Positions 9,333 through 17,146 of a DNA stretch of 23,465 nucleotides are shown in pieces. The notes beneath the pieces are model-generated. The model was not told the origin of the DNA. It made no database searches and saw only the letters and a program-made list of their open reading frames with translations. The stretch lies in assembly GCA_964012805.1 (NCBI GenBank), contig CAXGUD010000054.1, positions 1 through 23,465 on the forward strand, in the 5' to 3' direction. A program made the translations under genes and the position numbers. The first letter of the stretch is position 1. Every line of letters starts with the position of its first letter. The DNA is from an uncultured Bacteriovoracaceae bacterium (GTDB taxonomy: Bacteria > Bdellovibrionota > Bacteriovoracia > Bacteriovoracales > Bacteriovoracaceae).

Positions 9333-9368
9333 AAAGATCTCCAAAAGATAAAGTAAATTATTTCTATT

Positions 9369-9398
9369 ATTAAAGTCAGTTAGTGGATGTATTGTCAA
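9369..9398 (-). promoter_or_regulatory. Sigma70-type promoter candidate for the pnt operon
   Basis: Minus strand TTGACA (9398-9393), 18-nt spacer, TTTAAT (9374-9369). Confidence 0.5.
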
Positions 9399-9440
9399 CT
9401 AATTGGAATTGTTAAAAAATTTAAAAGGTCTTTTCTTTAA

Positions 9441-10250
9441 TTAAGTTTCCTGTTCCTTAATAAGTTCTTGCCTCATTTTTTCAACTTCAACTGCATGGTT
9501 TGAAAAAATCCAATTGACTCCGCGGTTTACCTCCCTGAAAAAAAGATTTTTAGAGCGGATGTATCCTGTTCCTAAAATCTGATTCTTGGCCTGGAGTTTT
9601 TCCATTATTTCTTGTCCTAAAAAGAGGTAATGGCCTAAGAGTCCTCCAAGGTTTTCACTTTCCACAATGCTTAGCAGGTGGTTGAAGTTTAGTTCCGCAA
9701 CAAGGAGTTTGGTATTAGGTTTTAAAAAGTCAACCAGAGGGAGTGTTTCAGGATTAAGTGTTATGGTGTGGTAGTCTTTTTGTTCTTCAAGGGGAGATAG
9801 TATTTTTTTTAGAATGATTTTTTGTTCTTCCAAGAAAGGGAACTTTTCTTTTTTGATTTCAATAAGAAAGTGGATTTTTTTACCAAAGCTTTCTACCACT
9901 TCCTCTAAGCTGGGGATCAGCGGAAGAACTTCCCTTAACTCAAAAAATGTCTGATTTTTTATAGTTACCTTTTTTTTGAAGACTCTTTCTGCCGTTTCAT
10001 CATGAAAAACAACAGGAACTAGGTCCTTGGTCCATCTGACATCAAATTCAATTCCCCAAACTCCATTTTCAACTGCTTTACCCAACGATTCCAGGGTGTT
10101 TTCAAAAATAGTTTGATCATTCCTTTCACCTCTATGTGAAACAAGTTTTGTCCCTTTTAGTTGATCCAGGCTTGGCCTTTTTTGAGGGAAAAATCTGAAA
10201 AAGAAGTCAATGATGGCCAAAAGAATTGTTTCTAGAAAAGGTGGTATCAT
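9441..10250 (-). CDS. Glycerophosphodiester phosphodiesterase (GDPD) family protein
   Basis: SHRG, ENTLESL, IEFDVRWTKDLVPVVFHD, IPSLEEV, LIEIK. Start placed at ATG 10250 (MIPPFLE); the upstream extension is the antisense of the CBS gene. Confidence 0.9.
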   Translation of the reverse strand: MIPPFLETILLAIIDFFFRFFPQKRPSLDQLKGTKLVSHRGERNDQTIFENTLESLGKAVENGVWGIEFDVRWTKDLVPVVFHDETAERVFKKKVTIKNQTFFELREVLPLIPSLEEVVESFGKKIHFLIEIKKEKFPFLEEQKIILKKILSPLEEQKDYHTITLNPETLPLVDFLKPNTKLLVAELNFNHLLSIVESENLGGLLGHYLFLGQEIMEKLQAKNQILGTGYIRSKNLFFREVNRGVNWIFSNHAVEVEKMRQELIKEQET

Positions 10251-10329
10251 GAAGATAATTGTAAGGAAATTTCTTGTGTTGAAAATAGAAAAGTGAATTT
10301 TTTTATATCGACCGTTATTGGAGTTATTT

Positions 10330-10746
10330 ATGAAAACTGAGCTAAAAAGTAGGCTTAAAGTCCCTCTTACAAAAGTGCATATTTCGGAACCGAAATATTT
10401 AATTGATAATGGGACTTTAAACGATGCTATTGGGGTTATGGAAAAGTTCAATATAGGTTCCATAATTGTCATGAGTGAAAAAGTTGAACTGAAAGGAATC
10501 TTTACTGAAAGAGATATCCTCAATAAAGTTATTGGAAAAGAGGTCGACCTCGATTCCCCGATTTGCTTATATATGACCCCGCATCCAAAAACTCTTAGAA
10601 AAGAGCATACAGTTCTAGAGGCCATCGAGTTAATGCATAATAAAAACTTCAGGCATATTCCAATCGTAGATGAGGAGAAAAGGCCTATTGGAATCATTTC
10701 CATAAAGGATGTCATGAACTTTATTTATGACCTGGCCATTGAGTAA
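10330..10746 (+). CDS. Stand-alone CBS-pair (Bateman domain) protein
   Basis: GIFTERDILNKV, YMTPHP, NFRHIPIVD, IGIISIKDV. GGAG RBS precedes ATG 10330. Confidence 0.9.
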   Translation: MKTELKSRLKVPLTKVHISEPKYLIDNGTLNDAIGVMEKFNIGSIIVMSEKVELKGIFTERDILNKVIGKEVDLDSPICLYMTPHPKTLRKEHTVLEAIELMHNKNFRHIPIVDEEKRPIGIISIKDVMNFIYDLAIE

Positions 10747-10901
10747 AATTTTTAAATAAATAATGGTTAATGGGTAACATTAATTTTTCTTGGAGAAGAA
10801 ATTATAAAATTTTATTGAAAAACAGTCATCTTAATGGGTATTTGGATTATAGTGGTAAAGGCCAAATCTTTTTGTGTTAACCATTCTTTATTGAGGGTCA
10901 T

Positions 10902-12509
10902 ATGACAAAAGGCCTCGATGGTTTCCTCTCTGAAAAAATACCTGAACCCGAAGTTCTTCCAGTTCAAGAAGGGGCGGCGGTCATTTTTAAAGCGGCGAAA
11001 GAAGGCAGCTTGAAACTTGTTAAAAAACTTACTGAGAAAGGACTTTGGTACAAGGTTGTAACACCAAATCGAGAAACACTTTTACACCTTGCCTGTAAAA
11101 GTGGTGATATAGAACTCATAAAATTTTTAGTGGAAGTAAAAGGGCTGGATGTCAATGACTTGAGTCACTTTGGAAGTCCTTTGTTGGAGGCCGTTAACCT
11201 TCCTTTTACTACCATAAAGCAACGAATGGTTAAAACAAAAGTTTTGGCCTATTTATTGTCGCAAAAAGCGGATGTAAATTTAAGTGAATCAGAATTTAAG
11301 GAAACTCCTTTATTAAGGTCTTGTTTAATTGGTGATTATTCTTCAGTAAGCTTTCTTTTAGATAATGGTGCTGACCCGACTTTAAAAGGCCGAAATGATA
11401 CTCCTCTCACAAAGACGGTACTTGGTTGTTCTCGTTCTTTTGAAAAAGAGTATTTTAAAATTATAGATCTTCTTTTAAGCAAGGGAGCTTCTTTGGATGA
11501 AATGGACAGAGAGGGGTTGAAACCTATCCATAAAGCTTCCTTTAAAGCCGAAAAAGGCCTTTTAAATTTTTTATTTGACAAGGGGGCTGATTTAGACTCT
11601 CAAGTTCAAGAAGATAATTATGGTTATGGTTCTGATGATATTCCCTGTTTTGTTGGGATGACCCCTCTAATGTTTGGAGTTCTTTCTAAAGAGCCTTCTA
11701 CTGTAAAACTTTTACTGGGGTTGGGTTCTGATGCAGATATAGCAACTTCCGATGAAGTTTTTGCTTTGGACCTTGCCGAGGATCTTAACGATGAGGAACT
11801 TATTCAGGCACTTGAAGGTGATATTCAGCTCTTAGGTGAAGAGAGTGAAGATTTAGGCTGGGAAAAATGGGCAGAAGATGAAGATGAAGCCGTAGAGATT
11901 TTTGTTGAGGATGATTCTAAAGAAAACGGCGAATATAAGTTAGAAAATGACGAAGGGTTGGGTTTGAGAGAAAAAGCCGTTGATGGTGAAGAAGAATTAT
12001 CCCCCTCTGACGATTCTTTCGGCAATGATCCAAAAGTGGCCAAAGGTCAAGCTCTGGAGGAAGAAGATGATTTTGAAGTTCATGATCCCAACACTGAATT
12101 TTCTAGGAAGAATTTTGAGATGTTTGATGATATGGCAGAAGAAGACATCTTAAGTGAGGATGAGAAGAAGGAGAGAGAAGACAAATTAAAAAGTGATGAA
12201 GAAGATATTCTTATTGGTGATTCACCAAAAGGCCAAGGAGAAGTTGAAGGAGAGGATTTAATGGTCGAAGGTGAAGAACTTGTTGGGGAAGGTATGGAAG
12301 CTGGAGGTAGTGACATCAGGATAGATGAAAGTTCTGCAGAAAGTATTAGTGAACAAGTTAAGTTAGAAGGAGGAGATTATCAGGAGAAAAGCTTCAAAAT
12401 GTTCGATGATATGGCGGAAGAAGATCTAGAAGAAGACATTAAGGAAAAGGTAGATCAAGTTGATCAATTGGAAAATACAGACAATAATGGTGGGGAGGAA
12501 GAGGAGTGA
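10902..12509 (+). CDS. Ankyrin-repeat protein with a long acidic low-complexity C-terminus
   Basis: Repeats TLLHLACKSGD, SPLLEAV, TPLLRSC..LLDNGAD, KPIHKAS..DKGAD, TPLMFGV..LGSD. Roughly the last 240 aa are D/E-rich. GAGG RBS. Confidence 0.9.
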   Translation: MTKGLDGFLSEKIPEPEVLPVQEGAAVIFKAAKEGSLKLVKKLTEKGLWYKVVTPNRETLLHLACKSGDIELIKFLVEVKGLDVNDLSHFGSPLLEAVNLPFTTIKQRMVKTKVLAYLLSQKADVNLSESEFKETPLLRSCLIGDYSSVSFLLDNGADPTLKGRNDTPLTKTVLGCSRSFEKEYFKIIDLLLSKGASLDEMDREGLKPIHKASFKAEKGLLNFLFDKGADLDSQVQEDNYGYGSDDIPCFVGMTPLMFGVLSKEPSTVKLLLGLGSDADIATSDEVFALDLAEDLNDEELIQALEGDIQLLGEESEDLGWEKWAEDEDEAVEIFVEDDSKENGEYKLENDEGLGLREKAVDGEEELSPSDDSFGNDPKVAKGQALEEEDDFEVHDPNTEFSRKNFEMFDDMAEEDILSEDEKKEREDKLKSDEEDILIGDSPKGQGEVEGEDLMVEGEELVGEGMEAGGSDIRIDESSAESISEQVKLEGGDYQEKSFKMFDDMAEEDLEEDIKEKVDQVDQLENTDNNGGEEEE

Positions 12510-12515
12510 TAATTT

Positions 12516-13457
12516 ATGAAAGCATATGTCTACAAAAAATACGGCCCACCAGAGGAAGTTAAGTCTATTGAGAGGGAAATCCCTTCTCCAAAAGAAAACG
12601 AGCTTCTTATAAAAGTAAAGGCCATAGGTCTTAACCCTTTAGATTACAGAATTCGAAGAGGATCACTGAGACCGTTTACAAATTTTAATTTCCCAAGGCA
12701 AACGGCTTCAGATTTTTCTGGAGAAGTTGTTGAGGTAGCGTCTGAGAATTCTTCTTTTAAAACTGGCGACCTGGTTTATGGCATGGTTTTCCAATTAAAG
12801 TCAGGAGCTAGCGCAGAGTATATTATTTCAAAAGAAGATTACCTTTTCCACGCACCTGAGTCTATTAAATTAGAAGACGCTGCATCTGTACCGCTGGCCG
12901 CCCAAACATCGTTACAGGCACTAAGAGATCTTGGGCAATTAAAAAAGGGGATGCGGGTTTTAATTAATGGCGCCAGTGGGGGAGTAGGCGTTTTTGCTGT
13001 GGGTCTTTCAAAAATTTTTGAGGCCCATGTAACAGCTGTTACAAGTTATAGAAACATTTCCCTTGTTAAAAAACTTGGTGCTGACGATGTTGTTGATTAT
13101 ACGAAAGATGACTTTACCCAAAGAAAAGAAACTTTTGATATAATATTTGATTGTTGGGGGAATAAAAATTTCAACATTGCAAAAGATAACCTGACCTCTT
13201 CGGGGATTTACATTTCCACTATACCCAATTCAAAAAACTTCTTTTCGTCATTTAAAACCTCCTTCGCATCAAAAAGAGGTAAAGTCGTCCTTGTAAAGTC
13301 AAAGAAAGAAGACCTGGCCTATTTAAAAAATGTTATCGAAAGTGGGGACTTGAAAGTCATTATTGAAAAGACATTTTTTCAGGACGAAATTGTTGAAGCT
13401 TATAAACATCTTGAGAGTAAAAGAACAAAAGGCAAAATAATTGTAGTATTAAGTTAG
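12516..13457 (+). CDS. NAD(P)-dependent MDR-family oxidoreductase (quinone reductase-like, zinc-independent)
   Basis: YGPPE, IGLNPLD, DFSGEV, AASVPLA, VLINGASGGVG, LGADDVVDY, GKIIV. Starts 6 nt after the ankyrin gene stop. Confidence 0.92.
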   Translation: MKAYVYKKYGPPEEVKSIEREIPSPKENELLIKVKAIGLNPLDYRIRRGSLRPFTNFNFPRQTASDFSGEVVEVASENSSFKTGDLVYGMVFQLKSGASAEYIISKEDYLFHAPESIKLEDAASVPLAAQTSLQALRDLGQLKKGMRVLINGASGGVGVFAVGLSKIFEAHVTAVTSYRNISLVKKLGADDVVDYTKDDFTQRKETFDIIFDCWGNKNFNIAKDNLTSSGIYISTIPNSKNFFSSFKTSFASKRGKVVLVKSKKEDLAYLKNVIESGDLKVIIEKTFFQDEIVEAYKHLESKRTKGKIIVVLS

Positions 13458-13475
13458 AGAGGAAAATTTTTAGTA

Positions 13476-13508
13476 GGGAGACCTTTTAAAGAGGCCTCCC
13501 CTATTTTT
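13476..13508. terminator. Intrinsic terminator between convergent genes
   Basis: Hairpin GGGAGACCTTT-TAA-AGAGGCCTCCC (13476-13500, one mismatch) followed by CTATTTTT. Confidence 0.7.
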
Positions 13509-13534
13509 AACGTTTTGGTTTTATTAGATAAGGA

Positions 13535-15127
13535 CTATTTCTGCTTGCAACCGTCAAACTTACTTGTTTCCAAAACAAAATATTGACAGTGCTTATTATC
13601 TCTTAAGTCTTGCCAAAAATTTGGTACAGAAGATATTTCTTTCGCAAATAACTGTCTTAATTCTGTTATTTCCTTCCAGTTAAGTGAAATGGATTCTTTA
13701 AAATGAATAACTAGCTTACCATCCTCTGTTTTTATAAGCTTAAGAAGATCTTTTTCATTGAGATCTTTTTTGGGTATACCATTTCTTGTAAGAGGTCTTT
13801 TTAGCTTCCATATGTGGTTAAACTCTTTAAAGAATGAGGTAAACAGTTTTGAAAACTCAGGGCCAGAATATAGGACCATATTGTCAAATTGGTTATGTTC
13901 GGCCTTTCTTGAAATATTATAACTTCCAGAGAAAAGTTTAGTTTCAAAGCCAAGTGAATGGTAGTCAATAAGAATATACTTGTGGTGGTTCAAAAACCAA
14001 AATTTTGGACTAGGGGAAAGAGAGTAATACTTAACCCTTACTGGTGGTATTTTGCCTTTATTTCCTTCAAGTTTTGACCAGTCTTTTACAAACTTTGCCA
14101 TAAGGGCGCTCTTTTTGGCCTTTCTCCTAAATTCCTGATTATCTACAACAAACTTTACTTCAACTCCTCTTTGAATAGCTTCAATAAGGGCATCAGAAAC
14201 TGAAGCGATGGCCAAGTGATTTAGATTTAAATGGATTGATTTTTTTGCGTTTTGGATCAACTCAATCAGTTTATTCCTTACGGTCCATGTTTGTTCTTTA
14301 TTTTCGTCTTTTATTCTATACATTGAATAAAAGCGACCTTGAAGTAATCTTTTAGACCCTTCCTTATTTTTTCGAAGGGTGAAGTTCATAGAGCTTGAAA
14401 AGAAATTAACATTAGGTTTTACCTCTTGATTTGTTTCTGTTTGATTTCCAATAACAGCATTTATTTCAGTGAAAGGCATTTCTTCAGAAATACCTTCGTC
14501 GTGAGTAATAATATCCTTCCCAGTGTTCCAAAGAATTTCAAATTCAAGCTTAAACTGTTTAAAGAGTCGGTCTAATTTCATAGGGTGGTGATGGGCATTT
14601 CCCTTTTCGTGAAAAATAAAGTTTTCACTATATTTTGTTCTTGCACCCCAGGAAAAATTGGCGCTTGTATTAACAAGCTTTTCGTCATCAACAAGAGTGA
14701 ATTTTTCATGCATGTCTTTGATGGCAACTTTGAATTTGGCACCAAGAAGTTCAAGCTCTTTAATCCTTGGGGCCAGCTTTTCACGCTTTGCTCTCCAAAG
14801 GTGTGGAGAGATGACAACCTTAATTGATGGCCTGTTTTCTTTTAACAGGGCCTTCTTAATTGCTTTATCTAAATCTTTGTCACTCCAGCTATAAATGGTT
14901 ATGTAAACAAATTTTTCGGCTTCTTTAATTGATTTGTAGATCTTTCTAAAGGCCTTTTCTCCTTGATGAGGAGAAAAAAGAGCTGTTGTAACAGGTGCTT
15001 TGTTTTGTCTGCCAGGGCTTGAACTTCTTCTTGTTTCAGTCGAAAAAGATGAAGAAATAAGAAGGCCCGTAAGTGCAGTGACCTTTAGTAAGTTTCTGAA
15101 ATAAGGCAGTTTTTTCGTGAAATTCAT
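13535..15127 (-). CDS. Exported phospholipase D superfamily protein with two Nuc/PLDc_2-like domains
   Basis: Signal-like N-terminus. Canonical HxKxxxxD motifs HEKFTLVD (14710-14687, then TSANFS) and HHKYILID (13987-13964, then GSYNIS). Confidence 0.9.
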   Translation of the reverse strand: MNFTKKLPYFRNLLKVTALTGLLISSSFSTETRRSSSPGRQNKAPVTTALFSPHQGEKAFRKIYKSIKEAEKFVYITIYSWSDKDLDKAIKKALLKENRPSIKVVISPHLWRAKREKLAPRIKELELLGAKFKVAIKDMHEKFTLVDDEKLVNTSANFSWGARTKYSENFIFHEKGNAHHHPMKLDRLFKQFKLEFEILWNTGKDIITHDEGISEEMPFTEINAVIGNQTETNQEVKPNVNFFSSSMNFTLRKNKEGSKRLLQGRFYSMYRIKDENKEQTWTVRNKLIELIQNAKKSIHLNLNHLAIASVSDALIEAIQRGVEVKFVVDNQEFRRKAKKSALMAKFVKDWSKLEGNKGKIPPVRVKYYSLSPSPKFWFLNHHKYILIDYHSLGFETKLFSGSYNISRKAEHNQFDNMVLYSGPEFSKLFTSFFKEFNHIWKLKRPLTRNGIPKKDLNEKDLLKLIKTEDGKLVIHFKESISLNWKEITELRQLFAKEISSVPNFWQDLRDNKHCQYFVLETSKFDGCKQK

Positions 15128-15210
15128 TATTTATTCTCTCTTAAAAATATAAATAATATTTGTTTTTACGCCCTAGGTTTATCTAGGTGCTTCTTTTTAA
15201 ACTATTTAGC

Positions 15211-15252
15211 TAAAATGTGAAACAGATTTTTTAAAATGTGAAAAAAATCTCT
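15211..15252. promoter_or_regulatory. Candidate regulator binding site (12-bp direct repeat with 21-bp period)
   Basis: TAAAATGTGAAA at 15211-15222 and 15232-15243, in the divergent intergenic region upstream of the PLD gene. Confidence 0.45.
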
Positions 15253-15344
15253 CGGCAAACCTTTTATTTAGTCTTTGTTGGGACATTTTTTGCTGGATTT
15301 AAAAGAAAAAGGGAGTTAGCCGAAAAAAAGATAAATAAAAGTAG

Positions 15345-15731
15345 GTGTGGAAAGTGTCTAAAATTGAAAGAAAATGGGCCGAAAGTCTTCTAAGGGCCAT
15401 TTTAAATTTAAGCGGGGATAAGTCAGTTGTTCTTTCAACAGAGAACGATACTTCTTCATTTACGATTTCGGGAGAAGGTAAGGTAGGAAGCTCCTGGTGG
15501 TCTAAGGAATTATTTTTGGCCCTTGTGGAAAAAGGGATTCACACGGAAGGAAGTTTACTCATAAGGGGGACCACAAAAAAAGGGAGTATCCTCTATGGGG
15601 TTATTTTAGGAAGAGGCGGCGCAGTATCGCTAGGCGTTGTTAAGCTGGGGCAACTTTTTTTTAAAATCTATGGTAGGGAAAGTGGGAAAGAAGTCATACT
15701 CGGTCAGCTCAAAATAGACCTCATAAGCTAA
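15345..15731 (+). CDS. Hypothetical protein
   Basis: 128-aa ORF with protein-like composition; start uncertain (GTG 15345 or 15354). No motif recognised. Confidence 0.55.
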   Translation: MWKVSKIERKWAESLLRAILNLSGDKSVVLSTENDTSSFTISGEGKVGSSWWSKELFLALVEKGIHTEGSLLIRGTTKKGSILYGVILGRGGAVSLGVVKLGQLFFKIYGRESGKEVILGQLKIDLIS

Positions 15732-15820
15732 ACTTATGATTGAGAGAAAGAAAATCTAATTTTACAAAAAAAACTGCGGTGATACATTCCCTTGGAACCA
15801 AATCTAATAGGGAATTTTAT

Positions 15821-16039
15821 ATGTATAATTTTATCGCCAATCTAAACTCTTTAAAGGTCTTCGTTATCTCAACGTTTTGCTTTATCTCTTTTCTCTCTTT
15901 ATTTTTCCAAAACGATGCTAAGGCCAAGACAATACCTTTTCCTGTAACAATCAAATGCCAAGAGGGTGAAACAATAATTTATGTACCCCTTGTTAAAGGT
16001 GGAGCTCCTTTAGTTCCAAAATGTGTGGCCAACATTTAA
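15821..16039 (+). CDS. Small putative secreted protein (72 aa)
   Basis: ATG 15821 follows AGGGA. Hydrophobic stretch then an AKA cleavage-like site; the predicted mature part has two Cys. Confidence 0.55.
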   Translation: MYNFIANLNSLKVFVISTFCFISFLSLFFQNDAKAKTIPFPVTIKCQEGETIIYVPLVKGGAPLVPKCVANI

Positions 16040-16242
16040 GGTATAGTATCGTTTGAGCTTTTTGGAATTAAATAAATTTTATTAATTTAAAATTTCCTAG
16101 ACGACCTGTCTCTCTTTTTCCCAAGCATTAAAAAAAACGCATATTTTCAACTACTTACTCTGTTTAAAAAGAGAGTTTTTGCCTTTTAAATTTGTTAAAT
16201 AAAAAATAAACCGAATTTATTTTATCTAGTAAAAAAATTGAG

Positions 16243-16251
16243 TGGTATAAT
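16243..16251 (+). promoter_or_regulatory. Extended -10 promoter element for the XRE gene
   Basis: TGGTATAAT is a perfect TGnTATAAT, about 60 nt upstream of ATG 16312. Confidence 0.6.
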
Positions 16252-16311
16252 TTTTTTTAGATCTTTCAAAAAATTCCGATCTTAGGGGTGATCATTTAAA
16301 GGAGGAAAGAA

Positions 16312-16656
16312 ATGAGTAGATGCTTTAATCATATTGCCAAATTTTTAAAAGACAAAAGAACACATCACCCAAAAGAATACTCCCAGTCTGAACTATCTCA
16401 TATCTTAGGTTATAAAAATGGCCAGTTCATAAGTAACGTTGAAAGAGGTCTTTGTTCTGTTCCTCTAAAGTCACTTCCAAAAATTTGTGAAGTTTTAGAG
16501 ATTAACAAAGACGAACTTAAAAAAGTTCTTCTTGAAGATTATGAAAAAACTTTAGAAGAACACCTTGAAGCATCAACAGAGCCTAAAGCTGAAGGAACTG
16601 TTGAGGCGCAAGAAAGTCAAAATGTAGAGCCTAAGCAAGAAGCGACTCCTTATTAA
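16312..16656 (+). CDS. XRE/Cro-C1-type helix-turn-helix transcriptional regulator
   Basis: SQSELSHILGYKNGQFISNVERGLCSVP HTH segment; strong RBS AAAGGAGG. Confidence 0.9.
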   Translation: MSRCFNHIAKFLKDKRTHHPKEYSQSELSHILGYKNGQFISNVERGLCSVPLKSLPKICEVLEINKDELKKVLLEDYEKTLEEHLEASTEPKAEGTVEAQESQNVEPKQEATPY

Positions 16657-16694
16657 TAAGTTGCTACTTGAAACTTTCTTTGATTATCTAAATT

Positions 16695-16740
16695 AAAAGA
16701 GAAAAGCACCAATTAAAAAGGGTGCTTTTTTCTTTTTCTT
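16695..16740 (+). terminator. Intrinsic terminator after the XRE gene
   Basis: AAAAGCACC, 10-nt loop, GGTGCTTTT, followed by a long T-rich tract. Confidence 0.8.
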
Positions 16741-16760
16741 TTTTTATTTTTTCCGAATAG

Positions 16761-16997
16761 ATGGTCATGGTCTTTTTGGATTTTATTCTGAAAACTTTTT
16801 CGTATCTCATCGTGATACATTTATTTTTTGATTGCTTTTCTCAGCATCTCAGATCTAGCTGGAAGCCCTATATTTCTTTTTTGAAAAGTTTTATACTCTA
16901 CATTTGCTACCCATTTAGCACCAAAAAGAAATCAAGCTTGGATTTATCCCCAGTCTTAGCATTACTTTTTATTACATTTTTTCGAAACCTTTTATGA
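16761..16997 (+). CDS. YggT-family small membrane protein (divergent)
   Basis: Two hydrophobic segments and C-terminal LDLSPVLALLFITFFRNLL, resembling the YggT xDLSP motif. Confidence 0.6.
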   Translation: MVMVFLDFILKTFSYLIVIHLFFDCFSQHLRSSWKPYISFLKSFILYICYPFSTKKKSSLDLSPVLALLFITFFRNLL

Positions 16998-17146
16998 ATA
17001 TTTGAGCGCTTAAAAATGAATACTCTTCTTAGGATTAGTTAATTAATAAAAACAAATTAAGAGTCAAATATTAATTTTTGTAGTCTAATATTAAAGCTAA
17101 TTAAAATGAATCATTTTTCCATATAGTAAATTGTGGGGAGGGCCTA

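Noticed and set aside
6956..9356. Many short alternative ORFs within the pnt genes
   Set aside because: Antisense or out-of-frame shadows of strongly supported genes, with no motifs.
9409..9426. Rex-like box TTGTTAA-AAAA-TTTAAAA upstream of pntAA
   Set aside because: Three mismatches to TTGTGAA-N4-TTCACAA and almost all A/T, so a chance match is likely.
10251..10715. 155-codon N-terminal extension of the GDPD ORF, suggesting a fusion or overlapping gene
   Set aside because: It is mostly the antisense shadow of the CBS gene and has no domain character; the GDPD-like sequence begins at ATG 10250.
10964..12316. Ser-rich minus-strand ORFs inside the ankyrin gene
   Set aside because: They arise from the reverse complement of GAA/GAT-rich codons.
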